DNA of 64,000 nucleotides from Octopus bimaculoides (lineage: Eukaryota), in contig NC_068999.1 of NCBI RefSeq assembly GCF_001194135.2, forward strand, positions 27,357,727 to 27,421,726, given 5' to 3'. Position numbers and translations under genes: made by a program. Under the pieces are notes generated by a model. That model ran no database searches. It worked only from the letters and a program-made list of their open reading frames with translations, and was not told the DNA's origin. Positions 35,930-48,285 of the stretch are shown one piece after another. Position 1 is the stretch's first letter; every line of letters begins with the position of its first letter.

Positions 35930-36188
35930 AGAGCCCCTTCGGTCATGACTGTCCATGGGATTGCACCTAGGAAGTTACCCTCCCAGGCACAAGTCCGTGC
36001 GAGGTTGTTTATGGAAGACCAGCAGTCGCCCATGCATACAGGCTTCCTCTCTCCACGCCACCAGTGTTATCCAAAGGAAAGGCAAAGGTCGATACAGCTT
36101 GGCACCTGTGACGTCACAACTCATTTCTACAGCTGAGTGAACTGGAGCAACGTGAAATAAAGTGTCTTGCTCAAGAACACAACACGCA
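35930..36188 (-). mobile_element. SINE family D (shares core with family C, different tail), head missing
   Basis: gcgtgttgtgttcttgagcaagacactttatttcacgttgctccagttcactcagctg core; tail gcatgggcgactgctggtcttccataaacaacc...gaccgaaggggctctc. Confidence 0.75.
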
Positions 36189-36189
36189 G

Positions 36190-36882
36190 AATAACCTTCT
36201 GTGCTGGCCATTGCCTCTTGAACTTCTAAGATCTAGGAGGTGTAGTTTCATCCATGAACTGAGCCTACCTTTCCGGTTCATAAAGATACGCCCACGTTTT
36301 ATCCCTTGTCACCAGATCGAAGAAAATCGTGCCTTAATTAGTTTCAAACGCTTCTTGTAGAAGAGAGCTGCCTTCCACACTACTCTCCTTCAAACCGGGT
36401 GTCAACTGCTGAGGTATCCATTTGGCACACACATGCCGATGTCCAAAGTCCCCCGCCATTTTCTGGAATGCACTGTTACCACAGTCTAGTTGTGGAATAA
36501 ACTGATTGATTATGTCTTGTCTTTCCGCGCGAATCAATTCGCCCAATCACTAGTGATTCGTGTTAGCGGCTGCAATTCGTCACTCACTATGTCTTTGTCT
36601 TGAATGCTGGTTTTCTTTTCTATAAACCTCCTCACCCATGTATGGACATTGATCTTTGCAATGATGCATTTCCATAAAGAATCTGTAGCCTTCAATAGGT
36701 GTTGGGCAGCCTACGCGCCTACTTCAAGATTTCAATGAATGCACGTAGCTACTGCTTTTGAAGAACAGGAGCAAAAGTTACTGTAGAGAAAGAGTTACTC
36801 TTCTGACATACGCAATTTAAATGATCTATGTTCACTTAATTAAAAACTCATGCTGACTTTTTAATTACATTCAGAACCCTCA
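36190..36882 (-). mobile_element. Mariner 5' half (irritans-like)
   Basis: TIR-like tgagggttctgaatgtaatt at 36882; HVCAKWIPQQLT (WVP motif); VTRDKTWAYLYEPE...KFKRQ. Confidence 0.8.
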
Positions 36883-37929
36883 TGTATGTATGTATGTATG
36901 TATGTATGTATGTATGTATGTATGTATGTATGTGCGTGTGTATGTATGCATGTATGTGTGTATATATNNNNNNNNNNNNNNNNNNNNNNNNNNNNNNNNN
37001 NNNNNNNNNNNNNNNNNNNNNNNNNNNNNNNNNNNNNNNNNNNNNNNNNNNNNNNNNNNNTACATATATACATATAATAAATAAACAAACTGAATGATAA
37101 ATCTCAGTTATCTCTCTCTCTTTTTCTCTCTCTCTCTCTCTCTCTCTTTCTTTTTCTCTCTCTCTCTCTCTCTCATATACACATACACCATCAACATTAC
37201 TCTCTCTCTGTCACGCACACCCCATCAAACATACATACTCACACACACACAGACATACGCACGCACATCAATTCTCCCCTCTCACCACAACTTCAAAAAA
37301 AGTTCAGTCATAAAACTGTTCATGTCTCTTCATTCGACGCCCACTTCAAAAGATTGCCTTTCCTTTTCACTTGTCCGGCCATTGATCGAGAGATAAAACA
37401 CAAGCCAACTCCTGCTAAATGCAAAAATCCCACCAAAAATACACACATACACACACAAACGGACATTTCATGTCTTTCACTTATTCCATACTTCACTTAG
37501 CTTTTCTCTTCACTTTTCTTAAATTGGATACGTCTGCTATTAATTCTTACATACAATTCCCCGTTAATTCTTACAGCTTCATTTTCTGTTAAAGCAATTC
37601 TTAACGTCAACTTCTTAACATAATACGCAGAATTTTCGTATTAATACAGTAGGGTGTTTTGAGGGAGATTTGGCTGCTATTTCTACCAGGTCTACCTGCC
37701 ATGTAGGAGTCTGAACTTATTTTTCATTCACAGATTTGCCTTAGACAGACGTCCAATAGAATTGCTCTTACAAACAGACTACGTACTAATTCTTTCTTCA
37801 CAACTCCTGAAGCCATTTTCTGACAGGAGGGGGTAAACTCTTCATACAGCTGGGGGCTCCAATCGAAACGGGACCCGAAATGATCAGGTTGAGAAACGTT
37901 GTTATAGATTATGCCTAACCGAAAACAAT

Positions 37930-37979
37930 CACAGCCACATCATCCAAACAGACCGGGTGAAACCGGGTTTAGCTGCTAG
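37930..37979 (+). mobile_element. Helitron 3' terminus
   Basis: gaccgggtgaaaccgggtttagctgCTAG|t, matching the terminal 30 nt of the element at 42543-43982. Confidence 0.75.
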
Positions 37980-38849
37980 TATGTATATATTAAAGATAAA
38001 AAGAGAAGATGGAATGTACCAAAAAAAAAAATTATGCTACCACAATTGTTTCATCTTCAAGAAGCACTGCTCCCTTGTTGGCGTGGAACCATGCAATAAC
38101 ACCAGATGCAACTCACAATGCATAGATTTCTCAGATAAGATAATAAGGTTTTAAGCCGGGAGGTTTACATTTGAGTTTCGCTGTATTGGGAGATTTTAAC
38201 AATTAGACAGACGCACAGACAATCAGACGTGCACATTCATACTTTTAAATTAATACAAAAACATATAGGCGTGCAGATTAATAATTATGCACGTGGGCAC
38301 ATGCCAGTACACGCCACCACATGTATGTATGTCAGTCAATTACACACGTACACAGCTATACACACATCCAGAAACACACGTGCACACACGGATACATCCT
38401 TCAGAGCATAAAAATTCACCCACCCAGACACATACAAAGATCACATCAAATCTGCCTCCATAGAACAGACGCACTCACAGAGATACATACACACACACAC
38501 ACACACACACACACGACAGGACAAACAAATCCAAGTGTACATTAATACCCATAGTCTCACATGTCTGCAGTCAAGTACATTTATACACTCACATAATTCT
38601 ACATACAAGCGTTCGTACACAGATATACTCATGTAAACATCAGTACACACCATAGACTTCCACTCAGCACACAGGCATATAGAAACACGTCAACTTCGCA
38701 CTTACATCCACACACTCACAAGACTACTCAGAGATATACAGGCACAGAACAATAAACAGCAAATGGGCAAAAGCTCACACACCTGTCGATGGGCACATAG
38801 CAATATATGGAAATGATAGCATGATGTTCACTGTTCAATGTGGATTATG

Positions 38850-39585
38850 GTTGTTCGGTGGTAATATTTCAAGGTGACTTTTATGGCATGTAAACAACGT
38901 GTAATCCGTTCAGTTGATTTTTTAATGGCCTTTTCCCTAGAAATCAAGATGATAGGGATTCTTCAGAGCACAATCCACAGGTCCTAGAATGTGTTGTAGG
39001 GTTTTGCATATTTTATAACTGACCATGAAATCTCATACTTAATCTTGTCGGTTTTCAATTGCCATAGAAAATCCGCACTAATGTCATGTATCACTTATTC
39101 AGTTTTCTAAAATTAAAAACATGATTTCTGTATCGATTCTTGAAAGAATCAGCGGTGGCACCAACATACACATAAAGGCCCCCCACCCCACCTCTGTGTG
39201 CACAGTGCATTTATAGACGATGTTACGATTCGTGCAAAAATTATCCAATGGGGATTGTCCTGTCATTCCAGTTATAATTGGTTGTAGATTCATCATGCTG
39301 TTGATATGCAGACTCTGTAGGCTCATTGTTATAGGTATATAATTAGTTCTGATGTTTCAGGGCTATCATTTTCTGTGGTTAATAGTTGTTGATTGCCAGT
39401 CATGCGAGGATTGAATGTAAATTCATTATTTGAGCTTTCAGCGATGGTGCTTTTCAAGGCCTTTCGAAGTTTAACATTATTTATTCTGTGCATATGTTGC
39501 ACAAGTTAGAGGAGGTTGCATGTGACACTTTTACATTATGTCTATTAAATATCGAATGATATTTATGAAATTTCGGGAGGCATCT
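38850..39585 (-). mobile_element. PLE (Naiad-type) GIY-YIG remnant
   Basis: KFHKYHSIFNRHNVKVSHA...QSPLDNFCTNRNIVYKCTVHTE...LWQLKTDKIKYEISWSVIKYAKPY. Confidence 0.8.
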
Positions 39586-40779
39586 NNNNNNNNNNNNNNN
39601 NNNNNNNNNNNNNNNNNNNNNNNNNNNNNNNNNNNNNNNNNNNNNNNNNNNNNNNNNNNNNNNNNNNNNNNNNNNNNNNNNNNNNNNNNNNNNNNNNNNN
39701 NNNNNNNNNNNNNNNNNNNNNNNNNNNNNNNNNNNNNNNNNNNNNNNNNNNNNNNNNNNNNNNNNNNNNNNNNNNNNNNNNNNNNNNNNNNNNNNNNNNN
39801 NNNNNNNNNNNNNNNNNNNNNNNNNNNNNNNNNNNNNNNNNNNNNNNNNNNNNNNNNNNNNNNNNNNNNNNNNNNNNNNNNNNNNNNNNNNNNNNNNNNN
39901 NNNNNNNNNNNNNNNNNNNNNNNNNNNNNNNNNNNNNNNNNNNNNNNNNNNNNNNNNNNNNNNNNNNNNNNNNNNNNNNNNNNNNNNNNNNNNNNNNNNN
40001 NNNNNNNNNNNNNNNNNNNNNNNNNNNNNNNNNNNNNNNNNNNNNNNNNNNNNNNNNNNNNNNNNNNNNNNNNNNNNNNNNNNNNNNNNNNNNNNNNNNN
40101 NNNNNNNNNNNNNNNNNNNNNNNNNNNNNNNNNNNNNNNNNNNNNNNNNNNNNNNNNNNNNNNNNNATATATATATATATATATATATACATGTATATCT
40201 GTATGTATATATGTATATGCGTGTGTGTGTGTCTGTCTGTCTGTGTGTAAACACATACACACATATACATACGTATGTATTTGTAGAGTTGTCTCAAAAT
40301 TCTCACTAGTCGGCTTGTAGACTTTCTCTTTAGAGCGATTGCGTTTGAGTTGATTTCTAATATTTTTTATGTATTTTACCTATGCAGAAATACAGTTTCG
40401 TCGTTTCTGTTGAAGCTTTTCAGTTTCATTCGTTATAGTTAAATTTTATTCCTTCAATAATAAGATATGCCTCGCTATAAGTAAAAGTATAAATCAATAT
40501 TGTTTTTGTCATTTTTACTGAATTGGATATTTATGTCTGTGTGTAACAATTGGATATTTATGAGTCCCAAAAGTTGATTTTTCTTTAAAAAAAGGCTATT
40601 ACATCAACTGTAAACTACAAATAGCACGTCGTTAGAAACGAAGAAAAAAAAAATCAGAGGCTTTATAATCACCGGATCTTTAACAATTTAATCACGATAA
40701 AGCATGGCAACATTGGAAAAAATATCTGTTGTTTGGATAGAAGATAGTACCCAATGTCCCAGTCCTCATATGTCTGAGA

Positions 40780-40876
<97 letters not shown>

Positions 40877-41259
40877 GAGAAACAGAAAGTCTTTATAATT
40901 TTGGATAATTATTTATTTAACGTTTTCATCTCATTTCAGAGATTCAACTAGTGACACTGTGTCATTTATGAGAACAGACTCGTGTATCTGTTGTAATGGT
41001 GAATCTCTCGGGTGTTTAGACAACATTTCTATACTAATTTGATTCAGCATGCCGCTATGTTGATCTTTGGTGTGATGATAGAGTACCAACGACTGTGTCT
41101 TTTTTTTTTTTTTGTCCGTGTTTNNNNNNNNNNACTGTGTCTTTTTTTTTTTTTTGTCCGTGTTTATGTAGCCTCTCAGCTAAACTCTTAGAAGTCTCCC
41201 CAGTGTAAAAGTCTCCCAATGTAGATGTATCCCGAAGAGAGCTTACCGACACGCGTAAG

Positions 41260-41800
41260 TGCAATCGTGTTGAGACCTGTCAATGCTTACTCGACCGCTT
41301 CAACGATGAGGGCGGGGCTCTTTTGGAGAGAATAGTTACAGCATATGAAATCTTGGTCCATCACTTTGAGCCACAATCTAAAAGGCAAAGTATGGAATGG
41401 AAACACCCAAAATCGCCGCAGAAAAAGTGATAGTAACCGTTTTGGGGGATGCAGAATATACTGGAATATTACCTGGAAAGGGAGTCTACAGTCAGCAGAG
41501 TAGGCTGTAGTGAAATGCTGGCCAACAAACTGAAACCAAACAATTCGCTCCAGAACCCGAGGTCTAGTGTCAAAGCAAGTGTTCTTGTTACACTACAATG
41601 CATGCCCACATACAGCTGCATACACGGTTGAAACCATTGAAAAATTGGGTTTCGAGTAGCTGGAACACCCTGCATACAGTCTAGATCTTGTCACGTCTGA
41701 CTATCAGCTGTTTAGACCGCTCAAACATCTTTTTCGAGGTTGTCGATTTGCTACGGACAGAAAAGCAGTGAGTGGTACATGAATGGCTGCGTGACCCATC
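41260..41800 (+). mobile_element. Mariner catalytic-domain remnant (irritans-like)
   Basis: RVETCQCLLDRFNDEG...IVTAYEILVHHFEPQSKRQSMEWKHP...HYNACPHTA...HPAYSLDLVTSDYQLF. Confidence 0.82.
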
Positions 41801-42542
41801 ATCTGCAGATAGTATTTTGATATACTAGCGTTACATAGAACCTTTTTTTCTTTCTATTTTGCTAGATGATAGAAATTTCTGGTTTTACTGCTGAAGTTGC
41901 TGGTATAGTCAAACTCTTTAGATGTCAAACATTTACCGTATTTATTCAATAAAGTCAGGAGATTTCTCATTACCTTTGTTCATCGTTGTCTAGATGATTT
42001 TTTATAATAGTTATTGTTTTCTAACATTTTAAATGCAAGAACACTATCTTTATCGGCTTCTTTAACTTTAATTTAAGTGTCTTTCTGTAGATTAATTAGA
42101 TTTTTTCATTCTTGTTTAGAGAAATTTGACTTTAAGCTACTATTTTATTTTAGTTGAAAAGAAAAATTAATAAAGTGTCCACAGAAAGTATCAAGGGATT
42201 TATTCTTGTCTTTCTTCGGACAGAATCTACTTTTACGCATTGCTAGTGATTCATTGTCATTATTATTTCTCTTTCTAAAAGGGTTCGGCTAGTATAAGTT
42301 TTCGGTAGAATTCTTGATATTATATTTTCATTTCAAGGAAGTTGGACTTTCAGTGAGTGAGTGTAAATTTTTGCTGCTTATTCAATATTGGTATTTTGTC
42401 CAAAGTAATTACTGGTGCGAACGTGCGTGCATAAAATTTATTTTGGATTTCATGTCCATGCTTTCTGTGGTTCTAATGATTTCTATTACGTAGTTGTTTC
42501 TTGTAGTTTTCAAGAGATTTGAATTGTTGGAATTATTGATTA

Positions 42543-43907
42543 CTAGCAGCTAAGCCCGGTTTCACCCGGTCAGAGAACGACGTGAAGAGAGAAACGAAGA
42601 CATAAAAAAGAGGAAGAAGTGGATACGAAGTGGTGTTTGGTCGATGGATCTTGGTAGAAAAAAAAGAATGTCATGGTGAGTTAGTAAGGAGAGCAAGGCA
42701 AGACTGGACTTACGTGGGCTGGCAGGACGATGAAAAAATTGCGGAGTTGAAATTGGAGCAGTTGAAGTTGCGCTGTTACCATTGGAGTGCCTCTTGGTAG
42801 ACAACATTCTTCGTCCTTCCATCGGGTGCACAAATAGAAAGACCATGGGGATAGCCAACGTACAGTTGTGCGTCTGAGAATAATTGCTCTGTCAGATTCA
42901 AACCAACCGCTTGCACTGATTGTCCCTGCGCCTTGTTGATTGTCATGGGAAAGCGGAGTTTGATGGGAAATTGNNNNNNNNNNCCTTGTTGATTGTCATG
43001 GGAAAGCGGAGTTTGATGGGAAATTGCATGTTTAAACTTGTAGGTCGTATCGGAGTGGGTAAGAGACATGGGAGTTATAAGCATGTCTTAGCCTGCGGCC
43101 GGTTCATTTAAGATTGTTGCCTACAGAACTCGGGAGCACAATTTTTTGATAATCATCCGCGTACCATTGCACATTTTTGGAGCATCTAAATTCCTTAGCA
43201 GTATGATTGGCGCGCCAACTTTCAGATGCAGTTCGTAAGCTGGTAATTCTGCGGGTCCCCACTTTTGTCAGATTTGTCATGGGCCGGCCGGCTATCTCAG
43301 ATACATGGGAAGCTGGATTAAATTTTTCATCAACACAGGGGAGCCGAAATAAATTTTTTCAATGTCCAAGGGAAGCCAAATCGCGAAAAAGGTTGAGAAA
43401 TGCTGATCTATAACGATGGTTTTTATTTAGGCACATCGTAAAAGTAATTATAATGAATTGCTTAATATAAAGAAAAGTATGTTTTTTCAAGCAAACACAG
43501 TTAGAAAAAATATTTCCCATTTCAAGTCATCACTAAAAACAAAGCTCATCAATTTTTGAATGAAATAATAATTTTATTCTTTTATTCTAAGTTGTAAATT
43601 TTGCCCGAGAAATAAAGCAAATAATCACCAAATGCATTGTTAAAAATCTGCAACTCGATAGCAAATATCTACAAATTGATTAGAAATGCATAAATTTAAT
43701 AATAACAATGTTTTTGAGATTCCGATTCGAATGACATGAGTGTTTTTGCTTCACTTTTGACACGTAATACTTAAATAGTGGAGGAGATATGATGTTGCTG
43801 TGGGCTGGAAGGATGCAAGAATTTTTTACTAAAACACAACCGGGACCCTATGTAAGACATGTGTAAAATTTGAATGAAATTGGTTGTGTAGTTCTGGAGT
43901 TTTAGGG

Positions 43908-43956
<49 letters not shown>

Positions 43957-43982
43957 TTCTCAATTTTATATATATATATAGA
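42543..43982 (-). mobile_element. Complete non-autonomous Helitron with C-terminal PIF1-helicase fragment
   Basis: 5' A|TCTATATATA at 43982; 3' ccgggtgaaaccggg...CTAG|T at 42543; interior LPAYELHLKVGAPIILLRNLDAPKMCNGTR...QFPIKLRFPMTINKAQGQS...DGRTKNVVYQEAL. Confidence 0.9.
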
Positions 43983-46165
43983 TAGATTTGTGTATCATTT
44001 TTGAGTGTTTTCTTTCCATTCCTATTATTTCTAATTGTTTTGAAATGGTCCAGTTTTGCTTTGAGCCTTTGGTATTACGTAAATTTTCTTTATGAAAGGG
44101 TTTTCTGAGTTGTATTGTCTCTTAAACTCCTCTCCACAATGTTAGAATCCAATTATTGTCTCTCTCACATCATCGGAGTACACAAGTTCTATATTTTCAC
44201 AGTCTTCTTTCCAGGGGTTCAAAATGTTTAATAGGTGTAACCCTTCTGCTTTTTTGTTATAATCTTCCATTTGTAGCTCTCTTTTTATTTGTTTTCATTA
44301 ATCTTTGTTCTTAATTTTAGAAGTCGTACTTCTATATCTATTCTATTTAAAGAGATTTTCTCCCGTAGTTGTTCTCTGTTGCTCTGACACCCCAGTTATT
44401 GTTTTTATTTGTTGTTTACGAAGTAATATTAGTGGGGTTGAATTCAATCATTTCTCATATCTGTTTAATGAGTGTATAATAAACATAGCAACACAACAAA
44501 TATAAAAACAAGCACAAACGTAGTGAATAATGGAACAGAGAATACCAATGTTTTGACATTTTCACCGATACTTCAGTGATTTTGTCGCCCAGAAAGGTAA
44601 CTCTAAATTGGTTCAGTGTATATAGCTACACATAGTAAGCAGCGACATCACTGTAAAATTAATAAGAAGTTCGTTATCTTGCAATGTCCAACTCATATCC
44701 TACAGGTACATGCCTAGAAAAGGGTTGGGATTCCGCAAAACTGGTCTGCATTAGTTGTACGGCATGAAGACGCCAATCGTATCATTGGTTATTATATCTT
44801 ATGTTCTTCTGTAAAAATGGGAAGCAGGGATACACATCAGGCTAAGATAATCAAGGTGTTATGTACTGAATGTAGAAATTCTAAATGAATTGATATTTTC
44901 CTCTTAGAAAAAGAAGAACCTAAAATCTAATGACAATCGTTATTGATTAATAAAGAAAAGGGGGAATAATTTCAAGAAATTACGACACAATTTTAAAATG
45001 CAAAATCTTCGTGCTTAAATTTGATTTTAGTTGGTAATGGACATGTTCCGTTTTTTTTCTTTTTGTCTTTTTTTTTTGTATCCCGTCAGGGAAACAAAGT
45101 ACAAATCCAATTGATCAGTAGACAGTAGGTTTTGCATATAGAAAAGTGGATGCGAATAATTTTAGCCATGAGTGATCTGCATGAATGACGTAGCAAAAAA
45201 ATTCATAATGAATTTGAATTTCCCTCTTAGCTGCAGAAATAAATCAAAAATGTGTGGCATTCTTTGGTGTCTCTTAAAGGAAAAAAGAAGATAATTTATA
45301 AAAATTAAAATTTAATCTTAACTTTTCACTTTTTAGTTTCTTGAAATTATTTCCCCTTTTCTTATTGCTGCTAAACAAGGCATTTCANNNNNNNNNNNNN
45401 NNNNNNNNNNNNNNNNNNNNNNNNNNNNNNNNNNNNNNNNNNNNNNNNNNNNNNNNNNNNNNNNNNNNNNNNNNNNNNNNNNNNNNNNNNNNNNNNNNNN
45501 NNNNNNNNNNNNNNNNNNNNNNNNNNNNNNNNNNNNNNNNNNNNNNNNNNNNNNNNNNNNNNNNNNNNNNNNNNNNNNNNNNNNNNNNNNNNNNNNNNNN
45601 NNNNNNNNNNNNNNNNNNNNNNNNNNNNNNNNNNNNNNNNNNNNNNNNNNNNNNNNNNNNNNNNNNNNNNNNNNNNNNNNNNNNNNNNNNNNNNNNNNNN
45701 NNNNNNNNNNNNNNNNNNNNNNNNNNNNNNNNNNNNNNNNNNNNNNNNNNNNNNNNNNNNNNNNNNNNNNNNNNNNNNNNNNNNNNNNNNNNNNNNNNNN
45801 NNNNNNNNNNNNNNNNNNNNNNNNNNNNNNNNNNNNNNNNNNNNNNNNNNNNNNNNNNNNNNNNNNNNNNNNNNNNNNNNNNNNNNNNNNNNNNNNNNNN
45901 NNNNNNNNNNNNNNNNNNNNNNNNNNNNNNNNNNNNNNNCCAACAGAACATTTATGTCTTTTTTAATTATCATAGTTTTCACGAATTAATCAGGCCTATT
46001 GAATTATGCATTGTATCTATTTATGCATTACGTTAATTTCTTTAAACGAAGCACAGATTTTACGATGACAAAGTAAGATTTTCAAACTCTTCGGTACTGG
46101 TTCAGTACAGTCGACTCTTTCAAATTATTGAGAAAGTTAAGTGGGATGTTATAAAATTTATTTTA

Positions 46166-46325
46166 TTTTCTACTCTAGGAATGAGGCCCGAAATTTTGTG
46201 GTAGGGGGCCAGTCGATTAGATCGACCCCAGTACGCAACTGGTACTTAGTTTATCGACTCCGAAAGGATGAAAGGCAAAGTCAACCTCGGCGGAATTTGA
46301 ACTTAGAACGTAAAGACAGACGAAT
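46166..46325 (-). mobile_element. SINE family B, 5'-truncated, alternative tail
   Basis: Matches 12300-12458. Confidence 0.8.
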
Positions 46326-46664
46326 ATTTATATTTCCTCGAAAACACATACGATATGTTGCGAAATGATAATGGCTAAAACCATGAATGGAAGGGTGATG
46401 GTGAACTCAACCCACGCAGAAGCTTCATTTCTGTAAGAGCTGAATATAAGCAAAAGATTATCTGTTTTTAAATCTTAACTGAACATCGAGCATATAACCA
46501 AGAGAAATCCTGTAAATCTTGATTTTAGCATTGATTCTCCTTTCGAAGAAATACTTATTTAGGCATAGGGTTGCCAATTTAGCATATTTTATGCTAAATC
46601 TAGCATTTTTTTTCAGCATTTAGCAGAAAATCTTTGAATCTAGCATTTAGCAGGAGAAATAGTA

Positions 46665-48285
46665 TTGGGTTGGCAACTAAGTTCCTGCCGTTTTTTTAAA
46701 TTTTGGAATTTATTGCGTTTTTAAATTTTGGAATCTATTATTTTCGAGAATTCTATTTTTGAATCATTTTGGAATCTATTTTGTTTAGTTTTTTCGAGTT
46801 AATTTCAGTTTTTCAAATCATTAAAATGGAATGTCAAGTTAAGAAAAACGAGCATTTTCGGCACTTCCTTTATTTTGCTTTTAATCAAGGTTATAAGGTC
46901 GCAATGGCCCAATGGTTAGGGGAGCGGACTCGCGGTCATAGGATCGCGGTTTCGATTCCTAGGCCGGGTGTTGTGAGTGTTTATTGAGCGAAAACACCTA
47001 AAGCTCCACGAGGCTCCGGCAGGGGATGGTGGCGAACCTTGCTGTACTCTTTCACCACAACTTCCTCTCACTCTTACTTCCTGTTTCTATTGTGCCTGTA
47101 ATTCAAAGGGTCAGCCTTGTCACGCTGTGTTACGCTGAATATCCCCGAGAACTACGTTAAGTCTGTGGAGTGCTCAGCCACTTGCACGTTAATTTCACGA
47201 GCAGGCTGTTCCTTTGATCGGATCAACTGGAACCCTCGACTTCGTAAGCGACGGAGTGCCAACAATAAGGCCGCAAAAGCTGCTCGCGATATTTGTGCTG
47301 CGTATGGAGAGGGTGCCATAGCTGAAAGAACTGCTCGTGATTGGTATTCCAAGTTCAAAAATAGATATTTTTGACCTCAAAGACGCACCTCGTTCTGGCC
47401 GTCCAGTTCAGTTCGATGAATAGCGATTAAACCAACTTTGCACGAAAATTCTCGTCAAACGATAAGGGAACTGGCAGAGAAATTGGAATGCTCCCACACT
47501 GCTATAGAGAAGCATCTTCACTCGATGGGAAAGGTTCAGAAGTATGGAGCATGGGTTCCGCATGCTTTAAGTGACAACAACAAAAATCAACGAGCCACAA
47601 TCTCCGCTGGTTTGCTTGCTCGTCACCGCTCAACTCATGGATACAAGCAACAATTTCTTTACCGAATCGTTACTGGCGACGACAAATGCCTGTACATCAA
47701 TATGAAGCAGCGTAAGGAATGGCTTAGCTCCGGTACACAAGCGACACCGCGCATGAAACAAGATCTTCATCCACGTAAAACGATGTTGTGCGTATGGTAG
47801 GACTGGGAAGGGATTATCCATTACGAATTACTTGAACGGAACCAAACGGTTAACGCGGAACTCTATGCTCAACATATGGAACGACTCAACACGGCTATTC
47901 AAGAGAAAAGACCTAATCGGCTGCATGGAGTTCTTCTGCTGCACGACAACGCCCGTCCTCATATCGCCAATATGACCAAGGAAGCCATTCAAACGCATGG
48001 CTGGGAAGTGCTGCCACACCTGCCGTACTCTCCTGATTTGGCACCAACGGATTTCCACCTCTTTCGATCTCTTTCGATCTCTTTCAAAAGCTATGTGCGG
48101 AGTATCGTTTAATACTGATGCAGAATTGAGAGCTTGGTTGGATCAATTTTTCGAGTCGAAATCAGGTGATTTCTACCAACGAGGTATTGAAAATCTTGTT
48201 GAACGCTGGGAAGAAGTTGTAAACAATAAGGGTGAATACATTATTGATTAATTAGTTGTTATTTTTTATTAAACCTTTTAAAAAT
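46665..48285 (+). mobile_element. DD34D mariner nested in the hAT, left TIR present
   Basis: ta|ttgggttggcaactaag TIR; MECQVKKNEHFRH at 46827; WVPHAL; TGDDK; LHDNARPH-34 aa-D (PYSPDLAPTDFHLFRSL); ends NKGEYIID* 48251; right TIR not seen. Confidence 0.92.
46905..47264 (+). mobile_element. SINE family C variant inserted in the mariner ORF, 12-bp TSD
   Basis: A box tggcccaatgg, B box ggtttcgattcc; TSD ataaggtcgcaa (46893-46904) and ataaggccgcaa (47265-47276). Confidence 0.9.

Larger units (their letters stand above)
40930..44500 (-). mobile_element. Fragmented Poseidon-type PLE interrupted by a mariner and a Helitron
   Basis: GDFYTGETSKSLAERLHKH (GIY-YIG, about 41150-41250); KSNFSKQE*KNLINLQKDT*IKVKEADKDS and KTRNFYHLAK (about 41840-42150); N-terminal-like AT-rich coding remnants at 42150-42542 and 43984-44500. 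Confidence 0.65.
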
